Shown piece after piece: positions 30,255 to 39,454 of a DNA stretch of 64,000 nucleotides. Numbering within the stretch: position 1 is the first letter of the stretch; each line of letters begins with the position of its first letter. Under the pieces are notes generated by a model. The model was not told the DNA's origin. It did no database searches and worked only from the letters and a program-made list of their open reading frames with translations. Made by a program: the position numbers and the translations under genes. This stretch comes from Lachnospiraceae bacterium (GTDB lineage Bacteria; Bacillota; Clostridia; Lachnospirales; Lachnospiraceae): contig JAEENO010000049.1 of NCBI GenBank assembly GCA_016283755.1, positions 3,342 through 67,341 on the forward strand. The letters run 5' to 3'.

Positions 30255-30853
30255 CTTTTCACTCCTAATCTTAATAATTCCTTATCTATCGAATCCTTAG
30301 TAGCCTCAAAATCACCGCTGTTGTTAATTATCACGTCCGTGCCCTTTATAAATTCCTCATCGCTTAACTGTGAATCCATAACTGCACGAATTCTTTCCTC
30401 CGAGTATCCGCGGCTATCTCTTAAGCGCTCCGCTCTTACAGCCGGAGCTGCATATACAAACCATAACTCATCGCATATCTTATCGTAATGCTCTTCTATC
30501 AAAAGCGCAGCCTCCATAACAACGAGGCTCTTTTTATTATTACGCGCCACTTCTATTATACTCAAAATTTCTTCCTTAACCAACGGAAATACAACAGAAT
30601 TAACAGACTCTTTAAGATTTTTATCGTTAAAAAATACTGCTGCCATTTTCTTATTGTCTATCATCCCGTCATCGGTATATACTTCCTTCGGTAAAAGCTC
30701 CTTAACGCCGCTATATGCCTTTTCTCCGGGCATAAGAAGCTTAGCAGCAACATTATCCGCCTTAATAATAACAGCGTCATATGCTTTTTCAATATAATTC
30801 AAGACTTCGGACTTACCCGCTCCTACGCCTCCGGTTATACCAAGTATCTTCAT
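30242..30853 (-). CDS. coaE: dephospho-CoA kinase
   Basis: 203-aa ORF with the P-loop GITGGVGAGKS. Its start overlaps the polA stop (TAATG). Confidence 0.9.
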   Translation of the reverse strand: MKILGITGGVGAGKSEVLNYIEKAYDAVIIKADNVAAKLLMPGEKAYSGVKELLPKEVYTDDGMIDNKKMAAVFFNDKNLKESVNSVVFPLVKEEILSIIEVARNNKKSLVVMEAALLIEEHYDKICDELWFVYAAPAVRAERLRDSRGYSEERIRAVMDSQLSDEEFIKGTDVIINNSGDFEATKDSIDKELLRLGVKRWEQ

Positions 30854-33507
30854 TACTTCGCCTCGTACCAGTTCTTACCGTCGTGAATATCAACCACTAA
30901 GTCTACGGATAACTTGCTTGCATTACACATCTCTTCTTCGAGAATCTTATATACCTTCTTAACTTCGGAATCTGCTGCCTCGATAAGTAATTCGTCATGT
31001 ACCTGAACCAGAATCTTAGCATCAATATTCTCAGCCTTAAGTCTCTTATAGACATTAATCATGGCAATCTTCATAATGTCTGCGGCGCTTCCCTGAATCG
31101 GTGCATTCATCGCAACACGTTCACCAAACTGTCTAACCATAAATGCGCTTTCCTTAATCTCGGGAATCATACGCCTTCTGTTATATAATGTCAGCGCATA
31201 TCCCTTATCCTTCGCAAAAGCTACCAATCCATCAAGATACGACTTAATCTTAGGATATGCCTTAAAGTAATTCTCTATGTATTCTGTTGCCATCTTCTGC
31301 GAAATATGAAGGTCTTCGCTTAAACCGTATGCGCTTATTCCGTATACGATTCCGAAGTTAACCGCTTTGGCACGGCGTCTTAAATCATCCGTCACTGCAT
31401 CGAAAGGCACATTAAAAGCTTTCGATGCAGTCATTCTATGAATATCTTCTCCCGACTTGTAGGCTTCGATTAGATTATCGTCTCCGGACATATGAGCAAG
31501 AAGCCTCAATTCTATCTGTGAATAATCCGCATCGACAAAAGTGTAACCCTCCTTCGGTACGAATACCTTTCTTATAAGTCTTCCAAGCTCCATTCTTATC
31601 GGTATGTTCTGTAAGTTCGGATCTGCAGAACTTAATCTGCCTGTCGCAGTAACCGTCTGATTAAAGGACGTATGAATTCTTCCGTCGTCTTTTATAAAGT
31701 TAATAAGTCCGTCCGCATAGGTGGACTTTAACTTGCTTAAGGTTCTGTACTCAAGTATGTCATTAACGATAGGATAGTCCGCCGATAACTTCTCTAAAAC
31801 ATCCGCTGCTGTAGAATAACCCGTCTTGGTCTTCTTACCGTTAGGAAGATTTAACTTCTCAAAAAGAATAACACCAAGCTGCTTTGGAGAATTAATGTTA
31901 AATTCTTCTCCCGCTGCCTTATATATATTCTTCTCAAGCTTAACTATCGATTCTGTTAAGTTATCGCCATACTCCTTTAAAGCGCTTTTTTCCGCCCTTA
32001 TTCCTTCCTTCTCCATACTGTCCAATACAAATGTCAAAGGAAGTTCTATCTGCATATAAAGTGCGAGCATATTCTCGCTCTGTAATCGCTTTAATAATTC
32101 ATCGTATGCTCTTAAGGCTATATCAGCTTCGACTAAAGAAGCAGTCGCAACATCGGTTTCTTTTACGGAAGGAACCGTAAATCCCAGGTATTCCGCCGCA
32201 ACATAGTCGTAACTGTACTCTTCTCTTATCGGATTAAGAAGATATGCCAAGATATACACATCCTCAAGCTTATCCGCACCTTCAAGGTACTCCATATCTT
32301 CTGCATTAACATACTTAAAAAATGCCTTTGCATCAGGTAATATAAGCTTCGCGGTATCTCGAACCAGAGTATGAATGAATCCCTCAAATACATCCATATC
32401 CGTTCCGCTTCCAAGACTAAACAAGTCAAGCTGCTCATTATCCTTAAAAAAGATATTGCCGCCACAGCCTTCATCCGTTACAATGGAAAGCTCTATACCG
32501 CTTACCGACTTATCGGCATGCTTAATAACATTAACCGCCACGGTCTTACCCTTGGCGTTATCAATTATTTCGTCAAATTCCTGCTTGGTAAGACCCGTCT
32601 TAAATTTAAGTTCGTAATCATTAACTGTACTTACTTCTGCACTTTCGAATCTGTCAAGAAGCTTGTTAAATTCAAGTCTCTTACACATTGCATATGCTTC
32701 TTTAGTATAAAAGTTCGTAACTTTAAGGTCATCAAAAGAAACATCAATCGGAGCATCCGTAATTATCGTTGCAAGTGTCTTACTAAGATATGCCTGCTCC
32801 TTATTCTCGGTTAAGTTCTTGTTAAGAGCTTTTTTCGTGATCTCATCAAGATGAGCATAGAGATTATCAAGATTCTTATATGTTACTATAAGTTCTGTCG
32901 CAGTCTTAGGGCCTACGCCCGGTACTCCCGGAATATTATCGGAACTGTCTCCCTGAAGAGCTTTTACATCGATATATTCTATAGGCGTAACACCCATAAC
33001 CGACTTAACATCATTCTTAAGATAGTTCTCTATAGTGGTCTGTCCCTTGATCGTCTTAGGGATTCTTATCATTACCTTATCGGTTGCAAGCTGGAGTAAG
33101 TCCCTGTCTCCCGAGATAATTCTTACGTCATAGCCTTTTTCTTCGGATATTCTTGCAATGGTGCCAAGAATATCGTCAGCCTCAAATCCGGCCTTCATAA
33201 AGAGCGGCACCTGCATAGCTTTAAGCATATCCTGAATAAGAGGAACCTGCTCGATAAATTCCGGGTCTGCCTTATGTCTTGTGCCCTTATAAGCCTCAAA
33301 CATCTTGTGGCGAAAAGTCTTCTCATGCATATCAAAAGCAACCCCGAAATAATCCGGGTTTTCTTCGGCAATTATCTTAAACATAATATTGAGAAAACCG
33401 TACACAGCATTAGTGTGAAGGCCTTCACGATTGGTAAGCATCGGAATGCCGTAATAAGCTCTGTTAAGTATACTGTGACCGTCCATAAGGACAACCTTTT
33501 CGCCCAT
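30853..33507 (-). CDS. polA: DNA polymerase I
   Basis: 884-aa ORF with a 5' nuclease N-terminus, family A polymerase motifs DYSQIELR and QVHDELL, and the RRxAKxxNFGxxYG motif. Confidence 0.95.
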   Translation of the reverse strand: MGEKVVLMDGHSILNRAYYGIPMLTNREGLHTNAVYGFLNIMFKIIAEENPDYFGVAFDMHEKTFRHKMFEAYKGTRHKADPEFIEQVPLIQDMLKAMQVPLFMKAGFEADDILGTIARISEEKGYDVRIISGDRDLLQLATDKVMIRIPKTIKGQTTIENYLKNDVKSVMGVTPIEYIDVKALQGDSSDNIPGVPGVGPKTATELIVTYKNLDNLYAHLDEITKKALNKNLTENKEQAYLSKTLATIITDAPIDVSFDDLKVTNFYTKEAYAMCKRLEFNKLLDRFESAEVSTVNDYELKFKTGLTKQEFDEIIDNAKGKTVAVNVIKHADKSVSGIELSIVTDEGCGGNIFFKDNEQLDLFSLGSGTDMDVFEGFIHTLVRDTAKLILPDAKAFFKYVNAEDMEYLEGADKLEDVYILAYLLNPIREEYSYDYVAAEYLGFTVPSVKETDVATASLVEADIALRAYDELLKRLQSENMLALYMQIELPLTFVLDSMEKEGIRAEKSALKEYGDNLTESIVKLEKNIYKAAGEEFNINSPKQLGVILFEKLNLPNGKKTKTGYSTAADVLEKLSADYPIVNDILEYRTLSKLKSTYADGLINFIKDDGRIHTSFNQTVTATGRLSSADPNLQNIPIRMELGRLIRKVFVPKEGYTFVDADYSQIELRLLAHMSGDDNLIEAYKSGEDIHRMTASKAFNVPFDAVTDDLRRRAKAVNFGIVYGISAYGLSEDLHISQKMATEYIENYFKAYPKIKSYLDGLVAFAKDKGYALTLYNRRRMIPEIKESAFMVRQFGERVAMNAPIQGSAADIMKIAMINVYKRLKAENIDAKILVQVHDELLIEAADSEVKKVYKILEEEMCNASKLSVDLVVDIHDGKNWYEAK

Positions 33508-33585
33508 AAGGTCAGAATCTCCCTATCTTGTATAATATGATTCTATTTTACACTATATCTTGGGAATAATAAAGAGTTTTTTACA

Positions 33586-33616
33586 TAAAAAAACAGAGGG
33601 CGTACACCCCCTGTTT
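33586..33616 (-). terminator. intrinsic terminator of lipoprotein gene
   Basis: Imperfect hairpin ACAGaGGG/CCC..CTGT (33593-33614), followed on the minus strand by T7. Confidence 0.5.
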
Positions 33617-33624
33617 AAGACGTT

Positions 33625-34362
33625 TTATCGCTCTTTTTCGTATGTTTTTACAGTTACTTTAACTATTCCGCGGGTAGGACCCACCACAAGTTCAAGAAAA
33701 TTATTGTAATCATAGATAAAGTTAAGTGTAAGCTCTCCGGTCTCCTCATCCTTCTTAAAGCCTTCCGTAGGATGAGCAAATTCAATTATTTCCTTAAACG
33801 AAGCACCCCAGGTCAAATTACCGGGTAGAGTCATCAAAGGATAATCCGTACCGGTTTCCCTTATATCTATTGAAATCGAGTAGACATAAGCTTCTTCAAT
33901 CGAGCAGACAACATCATAAGGATTATAGAATCCCACGACAATATTGTAACCTGAGCCTTCCTTATTAAGGATTACCGTATCGCTTGTCCTCTCACCCGGA
34001 CCTAAACGGAACGAATCATCAAATCCGTAATCGCTTAAGTTAAAGGTCCAGTCATCGCTTATTCTCTTGTATGAGAAAGGCAGCTTATAGACACCGCTTC
34101 CTATGGCTATTACGCAATCTCTGAAAGTAGGCTCTCCCGACATGACGCTTCTATCCTCAGACTCCTCTTTCTTAAGAGCTTCCTCAGAAATATCGGGTTT
34201 TTTAAGTTCAGCTTCTTCAGCATTGCCGCTTGCACCCTTATTATTGCCTTCGCCTTCCGACGTATCTGTAATAATATCCCTTATATCTTCTGTTTTCTTA
34301 CATGCAGTAAGTGTAAGCGCCGTACATAATAAAAGCGCTCCCACGATTTTAAATCTTTTCAT
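33625..34362 (-). CDS. hypothetical lipoprotein
   Basis: 245-aa ORF with a signal peptide and lipobox ALLLCTALTLTAC, followed by an acidic linker. No family recognised. Confidence 0.7.
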   Translation of the reverse strand: MKRFKIVGALLLCTALTLTACKKTEDIRDIITDTSEGEGNNKGASGNAEEAELKKPDISEEALKKEESEDRSVMSGEPTFRDCVIAIGSGVYKLPFSYKRISDDWTFNLSDYGFDDSFRLGPGERTSDTVILNKEGSGYNIVVGFYNPYDVVCSIEEAYVYSISIDIRETGTDYPLMTLPGNLTWGASFKEIIEFAHPTEGFKKDEETGELTLNFIYDYNNFLELVVGPTRGIVKVTVKTYEKER

Positions 34363-34391
34363 AAAATAACTCCAAAAAGCTTTTAAAACTA

Positions 34392-35426
34392 CTAACCGAT
34401 GTACTCCGCAATAAGTTTAAGTGTTGCGAGTGCTCCGTCCTTATGGCTTCTCTCATATCCGTGAGATGCATATACACCCGCACCGATAAGACCGTGCTTA
34501 ATATCATAACCTGCACGAAGAGTTGCCTCTACGTCAGATCCGTAATACGGATAGATATCTACCGCATAATCAGCCTTTGCACGCTTTGCAGCCTCAATAA
34601 GTCCCTTTACAACATCATATGCATAAGGACCGCCGGAATCCTTTGCGCAAATTGATACCTGTCTTTCATCACACTGTAATCCGTCGCCTACGCATCCCAT
34701 GTCTACAGAGATTGCTTCGGTTACGTTCTCAGGCACGGATGCGGAACCGCCGTGTCCTACCTCTTCGTATACCGTAATATGTGCATAAACCTGGCGTGCA
34801 GGTTTCTTCTTCTCATCCTTAAGATACTTTGCGTATCCGAGTAAGATTGCTACAGATAACTTATCATCAAGGAAGCGGCTCTTAATATAGCCCTTCTTGG
34901 TAATAACTGTTCTTGGGTCGAAGCATACTACGTCACCAACTCCGATTCCGAGCTTTTCTACATCGGCCTTGGTCTTAACAACTTCATCAAGTACAACTTC
35001 CATCTTGTCCCAGCCACGCTTGATATCGTTATAATCACCGTTTACATGGATTGAAGCATTGCATAACTGAAGTGTTCCTTCATACTCGCCGTTAAACTTT
35101 GTAATAACCTTGCAGTTTTCAGCTTCAGCATTGTTGGCATTCATTCCGCCGAGAGGAAGAACACGTAATCTTCCGTTACCCTTAACTTCAGCAACCATTG
35201 CACCGAGTGTATCCATATGTGCTTCAAGAAGGATAGCATTCTTCTTGTTCTTTCCGCCGAAATCAACCATTACGCCGCCCTTAACAGTCTGCCAAGCCTT
35301 GCAGCCTAAAGCTTCAAATTCCTTAATAATCATCTTGGCTGCTTCTTCCGTATATCCGCTCGGGCTCGGAACTGCCAATATCTTGGCTGCTTCTTTTAAA
35401 ATATAATCTCCGTATGTAGCTTTCAT
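34392..35426 (-). CDS. M42-family metallopeptidase (glutamyl aminopeptidase/CelM-like)
   Basis: 344-aa ORF with a motif context typical of M42/FrvX proteins (HMDTLG, EEVGHGG). Confidence 0.8.
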   Translation of the reverse strand: MKATYGDYILKEAAKILAVPSPSGYTEEAAKMIIKEFEALGCKAWQTVKGGVMVDFGGKNKKNAILLEAHMDTLGAMVAEVKGNGRLRVLPLGGMNANNAEAENCKVITKFNGEYEGTLQLCNASIHVNGDYNDIKRGWDKMEVVLDEVVKTKADVEKLGIGVGDVVCFDPRTVITKKGYIKSRFLDDKLSVAILLGYAKYLKDEKKKPARQVYAHITVYEEVGHGGSASVPENVTEAISVDMGCVGDGLQCDERQVSICAKDSGGPYAYDVVKGLIEAAKRAKADYAVDIYPYYGSDVEATLRAGYDIKHGLIGAGVYASHGYERSHKDGALATLKLIAEYIG

Positions 35427-35429
35427 TAT

Positions 35430-36953
35430 TTATTCCTCCTCCTTAAGAGATTTCTTCTCTCTTTTAACAAGTTCATCCTTTATAGTAAAGCACGACCACT
35501 TAAAAAATGCAAGAACCACGACAAGAATACCCAGATTTAACCCCTGAGGATTATTAACAAATGCCTGCCCCATGTACGCAGTAAGTGATATAAGACATGT
35601 AGCATTGATAATAAAAGATATTGTCTTATTGGCACGCATTATATTCTTAATTCCTATATAGCAAATCGATACGCATCCCGTAATTATGGTTATAAGTCCT
35701 GCAATTCCGGTCGTTATTAAGTATTCTATATATTCGTTATGCGCGTTTCTGACCCACGAAGAACCTGTTATGTCTTCATAGTAATATCCGAAAGTAGAAA
35801 GACCCGTTCCGAATAACTTATTTAATATCGGCAACTCCTTAAATGTCCGGAATGCCACAATCCAGGTCTTACCTCTGTTATGTCCGTAAGTTTCCGAAAA
35901 CTTCGGTATCTGCGACAGAATAAGTGCTGCCATTGAAACTATTATAAGTATGAGAAATACAATTTCTGCCTTTTTTGTAATACTCTTATAGAAATCCTTG
36001 TTAAGCATTATCACAAGTAATGTAAGGAGCACCAATAAAATAAACGGTATTAAATATACTCTTTTTTCAAGAATAACTCCGGCATATCCGTCAAGCTCGG
36101 TATGGTCTGTTATCCTGTACAATACTTCAAGTATAATTAAGCTTCCATACATTATCGCCATTCTTAAGAATACTTCAAAAAGGAGCTTCTTATCGGATAG
36201 ACCGTAGAAAGTAAATCCCGCCATAATAAAGAATAATGCTATAAAAGCTCCGTCCGAATTGCATGTGAATGCCGTATAGAACATAAGTATAAGCGATATT
36301 ATAAGACCTGTCTTGGCAAATATATTATTAATAAGAATACTCATTATAAAGATTATCGGCATGCAAAGCGCAAGGTAACCCACATACCAGTTAACATTGC
36401 CGATTGTTCCGACATAGCGCACAACATCTGATTCCGCAAGAAGGCTATGTAAATTAAAAGGATCGACCTTAAGGAAATTTAAGAATATCCAAAGTGATTC
36501 TATTGATACTGCCGCGGCAACTACAATAAATACCCAAGGAGTAAATTCAATATTATTTGATAAGAAAAGGTATGCCGTTATGGCAAGAAGTATAAAAAGC
36601 GTACCTATAAGCCACGCATACGAACCGTAGAAGCTTTCTTTTACGTAAACGGTCATTAAATTGGACAATAAGGAAAAAACGCCGAATATTATAATCGCAT
36701 GATCGAAAATCTCGAAGTTATCGAATATCGGCTTAAGGTAATCCTGCGGTTTAACTTTTATGAATAATAAAACGGTAAAAAGCGCAGAAAGCACATTAAA
36801 TATAATAAATACAGCCATTACGCCCAGAGCTTTAGCCTCAAGCGCATTAAAGTATGAATCATTTAAATAAAAGGTCATTATCGAAAATATAGCAACGATA
36901 ACAAATAACCCCAGTGTATTCTTTACGTTCTTAAGTCTTTCTTCCATAGACAT
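35430..36953 (-). CDS. O-antigen ligase/polymerase-like (Wzy_C) polytopic membrane protein
   Basis: 507-aa ORF with at least 10 TM segments and a loop motif NAHNEYIEYLITTGIAG typical of the Wzy_C family. Confidence 0.65.
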   Translation of the reverse strand: MSMEERLKNVKNTLGLFVIVAIFSIMTFYLNDSYFNALEAKALGVMAVFIIFNVLSALFTVLLFIKVKPQDYLKPIFDNFEIFDHAIIIFGVFSLLSNLMTVYVKESFYGSYAWLIGTLFILLAITAYLFLSNNIEFTPWVFIVVAAAVSIESLWIFLNFLKVDPFNLHSLLAESDVVRYVGTIGNVNWYVGYLALCMPIIFIMSILINNIFAKTGLIISLILMFYTAFTCNSDGAFIALFFIMAGFTFYGLSDKKLLFEVFLRMAIMYGSLIILEVLYRITDHTELDGYAGVILEKRVYLIPFILLVLLTLLVIMLNKDFYKSITKKAEIVFLILIIVSMAALILSQIPKFSETYGHNRGKTWIVAFRTFKELPILNKLFGTGLSTFGYYYEDITGSSWVRNAHNEYIEYLITTGIAGLITIITGCVSICYIGIKNIMRANKTISFIINATCLISLTAYMGQAFVNNPQGLNLGILVVVLAFFKWSCFTIKDELVKREKKSLKEEE

Positions 36954-36967
36954 TCTCCGATTATTTT

Positions 36968-37009
36968 ACAAAAAATATAGCCGCGAAATGAATTATCACT
37001 TCGCGGCTA
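36968..37009 (-). terminator. intrinsic terminator after tRNA-Leu
   Basis: 10-bp stem TAGCCGCGAA/TTCGCGGCTA (36978-37009), followed on the minus strand by ATATTTTTTG. Confidence 0.7.
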
Positions 37010-37012
37010 CAA

Positions 37013-37095
37013 TGCCGGCAATGGGACTTGAACCCATACGATGTTGCCATCGCCAGATTTTGAGTCTGGTGCGTCTGCCATTCCGCCACGCCGGC
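37013..37095 (-). tRNA. tRNA-Leu (anticodon CAA), type II with long variable arm
   Basis: Minus strand GCCGGCGTGGCGGAATGGCAGACGCACCAGACTCAAAATCTGGCGATGGCAACATCGTATGGGTTCAAGTCCCATTGCCGGCA folds as a cloverleaf. CCA is not encoded. Confidence 0.9.
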
Positions 37096-37112
37096 GAATC
37101 ACGTACTTAAGT

Positions 37113-37141
37113 AGTATACATTAAGGACGTGTAAAACACAA
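37113..37141 (-). promoter_or_regulatory. putative sigma-A promoter of tRNA-Leu
   Basis: On the minus strand: TTGTGT (37136-37141), a 17-nt spacer, then TATACT (37113-37118). The tRNA starts 18 nt downstream. Confidence 0.5.
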
Positions 37142-37162
37142 GTTTTTTTTAAGAAATTTAAG

Positions 37163-38017
37163 TTATTCCGCGCTCGTATTAACTTCAATTATCTTAACGT
37201 TAAGATAAGTCTCTCCGTCTATCTGAACAGATGTCGGACTTTCAAATTCAATTACTGCATGCTTAACATGCTCTTTAAATTCAACAACATCATTATATCC
37301 AACGTGGGCCCCTTTAAAAATCTTAGGGAACAACGTCAGTATTCTCAGCCTGCTCTTATTATGAACCGCAACCAATGTAACGGTATGCTCCTTATTACAT
37401 CTGTCCTGCATAGGTGTAACCATCATTCCGCCACCCAAGAATCTTCCGTTCATTGCAGGGGCCATCCAGACATTATCAAAATCATACTGCTTACCGTCTG
37501 CTTCGATATGTACTTTGCCCGGCTTATAGTCATATAAAAGCCCCTTTAATGCAATGGTCGTATAATTAACCGGCTTATCGGATTTCTTTCTGTGCTCATC
37601 ACCTTTTTCGCAGCAATATCCGTCAAGGCCAAAGGAAGCATTATTAAAAAACTTTCTTGTAATCCCCTTAAAAGTAACCGTCGGAAGATGCTTAATATAC
37701 GGTGTCAAAAGCACCGGACCGTCTTCTTTTTTGAGTTCTATATCATTCGCAAAATCATTACCGGAACCTGCCGGGTAATAATATATGTCTCTTTCTATAT
37801 ATTCATCGGGAAGTTTATTAATGAAATTATTGAGAGTTCCGTCTCCGCCTGAAAGAATAAGCTTACTGTCGCCTATAGTTTCAAAAAACTCATGATAATC
37901 GGTAACCGAAATAACATCGACATACTTAACGTCCGTCTCATTTCCTACCGAAATTCTCTCGGCCTCTTCCTTACCCCTGCCGTTATTGGATAATGAATTG
38001 TACAATATGTATAACAT
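37163..38017 (-). CDS. diacylglycerol/lipid kinase family protein (YegS/BmrU-like)
   Basis: 284-aa ORF with the DAGK catalytic motif ILSGGDGTLNNF. Confidence 0.8.
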   Translation of the reverse strand: MLYILYNSLSNNGRGKEEAERISVGNETDVKYVDVISVTDYHEFFETIGDSKLILSGGDGTLNNFINKLPDEYIERDIYYYPAGSGNDFANDIELKKEDGPVLLTPYIKHLPTVTFKGITRKFFNNASFGLDGYCCEKGDEHRKKSDKPVNYTTIALKGLLYDYKPGKVHIEADGKQYDFDNVWMAPAMNGRFLGGGMMVTPMQDRCNKEHTVTLVAVHNKSRLRILTLFPKIFKGAHVGYNDVVEFKEHVKHAVIEFESPTSVQIDGETYLNVKIIEVNTSAE

Positions 38018-38140
38018 AAGTCACCTCTGTAAAAAAGTGTTATTATCCCATATATTCATTATATCATAACGCGTATGATGTATCAAAAAAATCTGCCTTA
38101 CTATTTTTAACTTTTCTCCCCAAACAAAAACTATATATGC

Positions 38141-38168
38141 TAATATATTAATAGGCCGGTGCCGATAT
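38141..38168 (+). promoter_or_regulatory. candidate sigma-D/sigma-28 (flagellar) type promoter
   Basis: Exact GCCGATAT -10 element at 38161-38168, with TAAT 16 nt upstream. The B. subtilis sigma-D consensus is TAAA-N15-GCCGATAT. It lies 65 nt upstream of the SLT gene ATG. Confidence 0.4.
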
Positions 38169-38233
38169 ATTATATGCATTATACTCTGCGTTAAATTACG
38201 CTATACATTAGATTTACGTAAAGGAGTGACGAT

Positions 38234-39277
38234 ATGAACGTTAATAATGTTACCGCGGTTACCAATCAGTCTTCTGCAACAGATAAGACAAGTAATTCAA
38301 CATCTGCCGGTAATACTTCCTTTTCCGATATGATGAAATCACAGTCCGTATCTCCGTTAGAAGATATCTTCAATCGTGCTGCCAAAAAGTACGGTGTCGA
38401 TGTTAATCTTCTTAAAGCGATTGCCAAACAGGAATCGGACTTTCAGCCTGATTGCACATCTCATGCCGGTGCAATGGGAATAATGCAGCTTATGCCTGAT
38501 ACAGCGAAGGGTTTAGGTGTAACGGATCCTTACGACCCTGAGCAGAACATAATGGGCGGCGCCAAGTTCATAAGCCAGATGCTTAAAAAGTACGACGGCA
38601 ACGTTACTCTTGCGCTTGCGGCATATAACGCAGGCCCTAATAATGTTGCAAAATACGGCGGAGTTCCGCCTTTTAAGGAGACTCAGGACTATGTTAAGAA
38701 GGTTACTGCTTACTATAAGAACGGCGTTACCGTACCGTCAGGTGAAGACTTCGTTAAGAAAAGCTCCACACACTATGATATAGATACCGGCAAGAACGTC
38801 CCGGACGCTTCAAAAGAAACCTCTTCTGCAGCTTCCACCATAGACAAATCCATGACACAAAGCCTTATGGAGAAGCTTAACTTCAATGACAATCCGGAGA
38901 AGTTACTAAATGACTTAAGAGAGTTACTTAATAAGCTTGATACAAGCAATAAGGAAGACTCCTATTCTCTTGAAGAATATGCGCGCTTTATGCGTCTATA
39001 CTTAGACGGAATCGCAATAGATACAATTTCAAGACGTGATGCCGAAGAAAGCGAGAATTCACTCACAAAGCAGCTTGATGAGACAATGAACAATATCCGC
39101 AATAACTTAGAGGGCGCTGCCAACGTTTCTTCCGTCAATGCAGAGGATGCGGTTACCACCTTAAGCGACATTGCGGGGCTCGATGATTCAATTAATCCCG
39201 ACGATTATTATGCTTTCCAACAGATTTCATATTCACCTGCGGTATTAAATCTTCTTAACAACAAGAAAAACAATTGA
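38234..39277 (+). CDS. lytic transglycosylase (SLT domain) protein with uncharacterised C-terminal half
   Basis: 347-aa ORF with SLT motifs ESDFQP (catalytic Glu), GIMQLMP and AYNAGP. No signal peptide or TM segment is visible. Confidence 0.85.
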   Translation: MNVNNVTAVTNQSSATDKTSNSTSAGNTSFSDMMKSQSVSPLEDIFNRAAKKYGVDVNLLKAIAKQESDFQPDCTSHAGAMGIMQLMPDTAKGLGVTDPYDPEQNIMGGAKFISQMLKKYDGNVTLALAAYNAGPNNVAKYGGVPPFKETQDYVKKVTAYYKNGVTVPSGEDFVKKSSTHYDIDTGKNVPDASKETSSAASTIDKSMTQSLMEKLNFNDNPEKLLNDLRELLNKLDTSNKEDSYSLEEYARFMRLYLDGIAIDTISRRDAEESENSLTKQLDETMNNIRNNLEGAANVSSVNAEDAVTTLSDIAGLDDSINPDDYYAFQQISYSPAVLNLLNNKKNN

Positions 39278-39302
39278 CATGGCAGATTAAATATAGTATA
39301 TT
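39274..39302 (+). promoter_or_regulatory. sigma-A consensus promoter of tRNA-Thr
   Basis: TTGACA (39274-39279, overlapping the SLT stop codon), a 17-nt spacer, then TATATT (39297-39302). The tRNA starts at 39324. Confidence 0.6.
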
Positions 39303-39323
39303 AGTCAAGTCGGTATAAGACAG

Positions 39324-39396
39324 GCTGCTATGGCTCAGTCGGTAGAGCGTCACATTGGTAATGTGGAGGTCACGGGTCCGATTCCCGTTAGCAGCT
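39324..39396 (+). tRNA. tRNA-Thr (anticodon GGT)
   Basis: GCTGCTATGGCTCAGTCGGTAGAGCGTCACATTGGTAATGTGGAGGTCACGGGTCCGATTCCCGTTAGCAGCT folds as a cloverleaf with a 7-bp acceptor stem. The T loop reads TCCGATT. Confidence 0.88.
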
Positions 39397-39433
39397 TAAA
39401 AAAAGGAGTTGAGATATCTCAACTCCTTTTTCT
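39397..39433. terminator. bidirectional intrinsic terminator (tRNA-Thr / ackA)
   Basis: An A-run, then the perfect palindrome AGGAGTTGAGAT/ATCTCAACTCCT (39404-39427), then a T-run. Confidence 0.8.
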
Positions 39434-39454
39434 TATATCTTATTTCTTAAGAAA

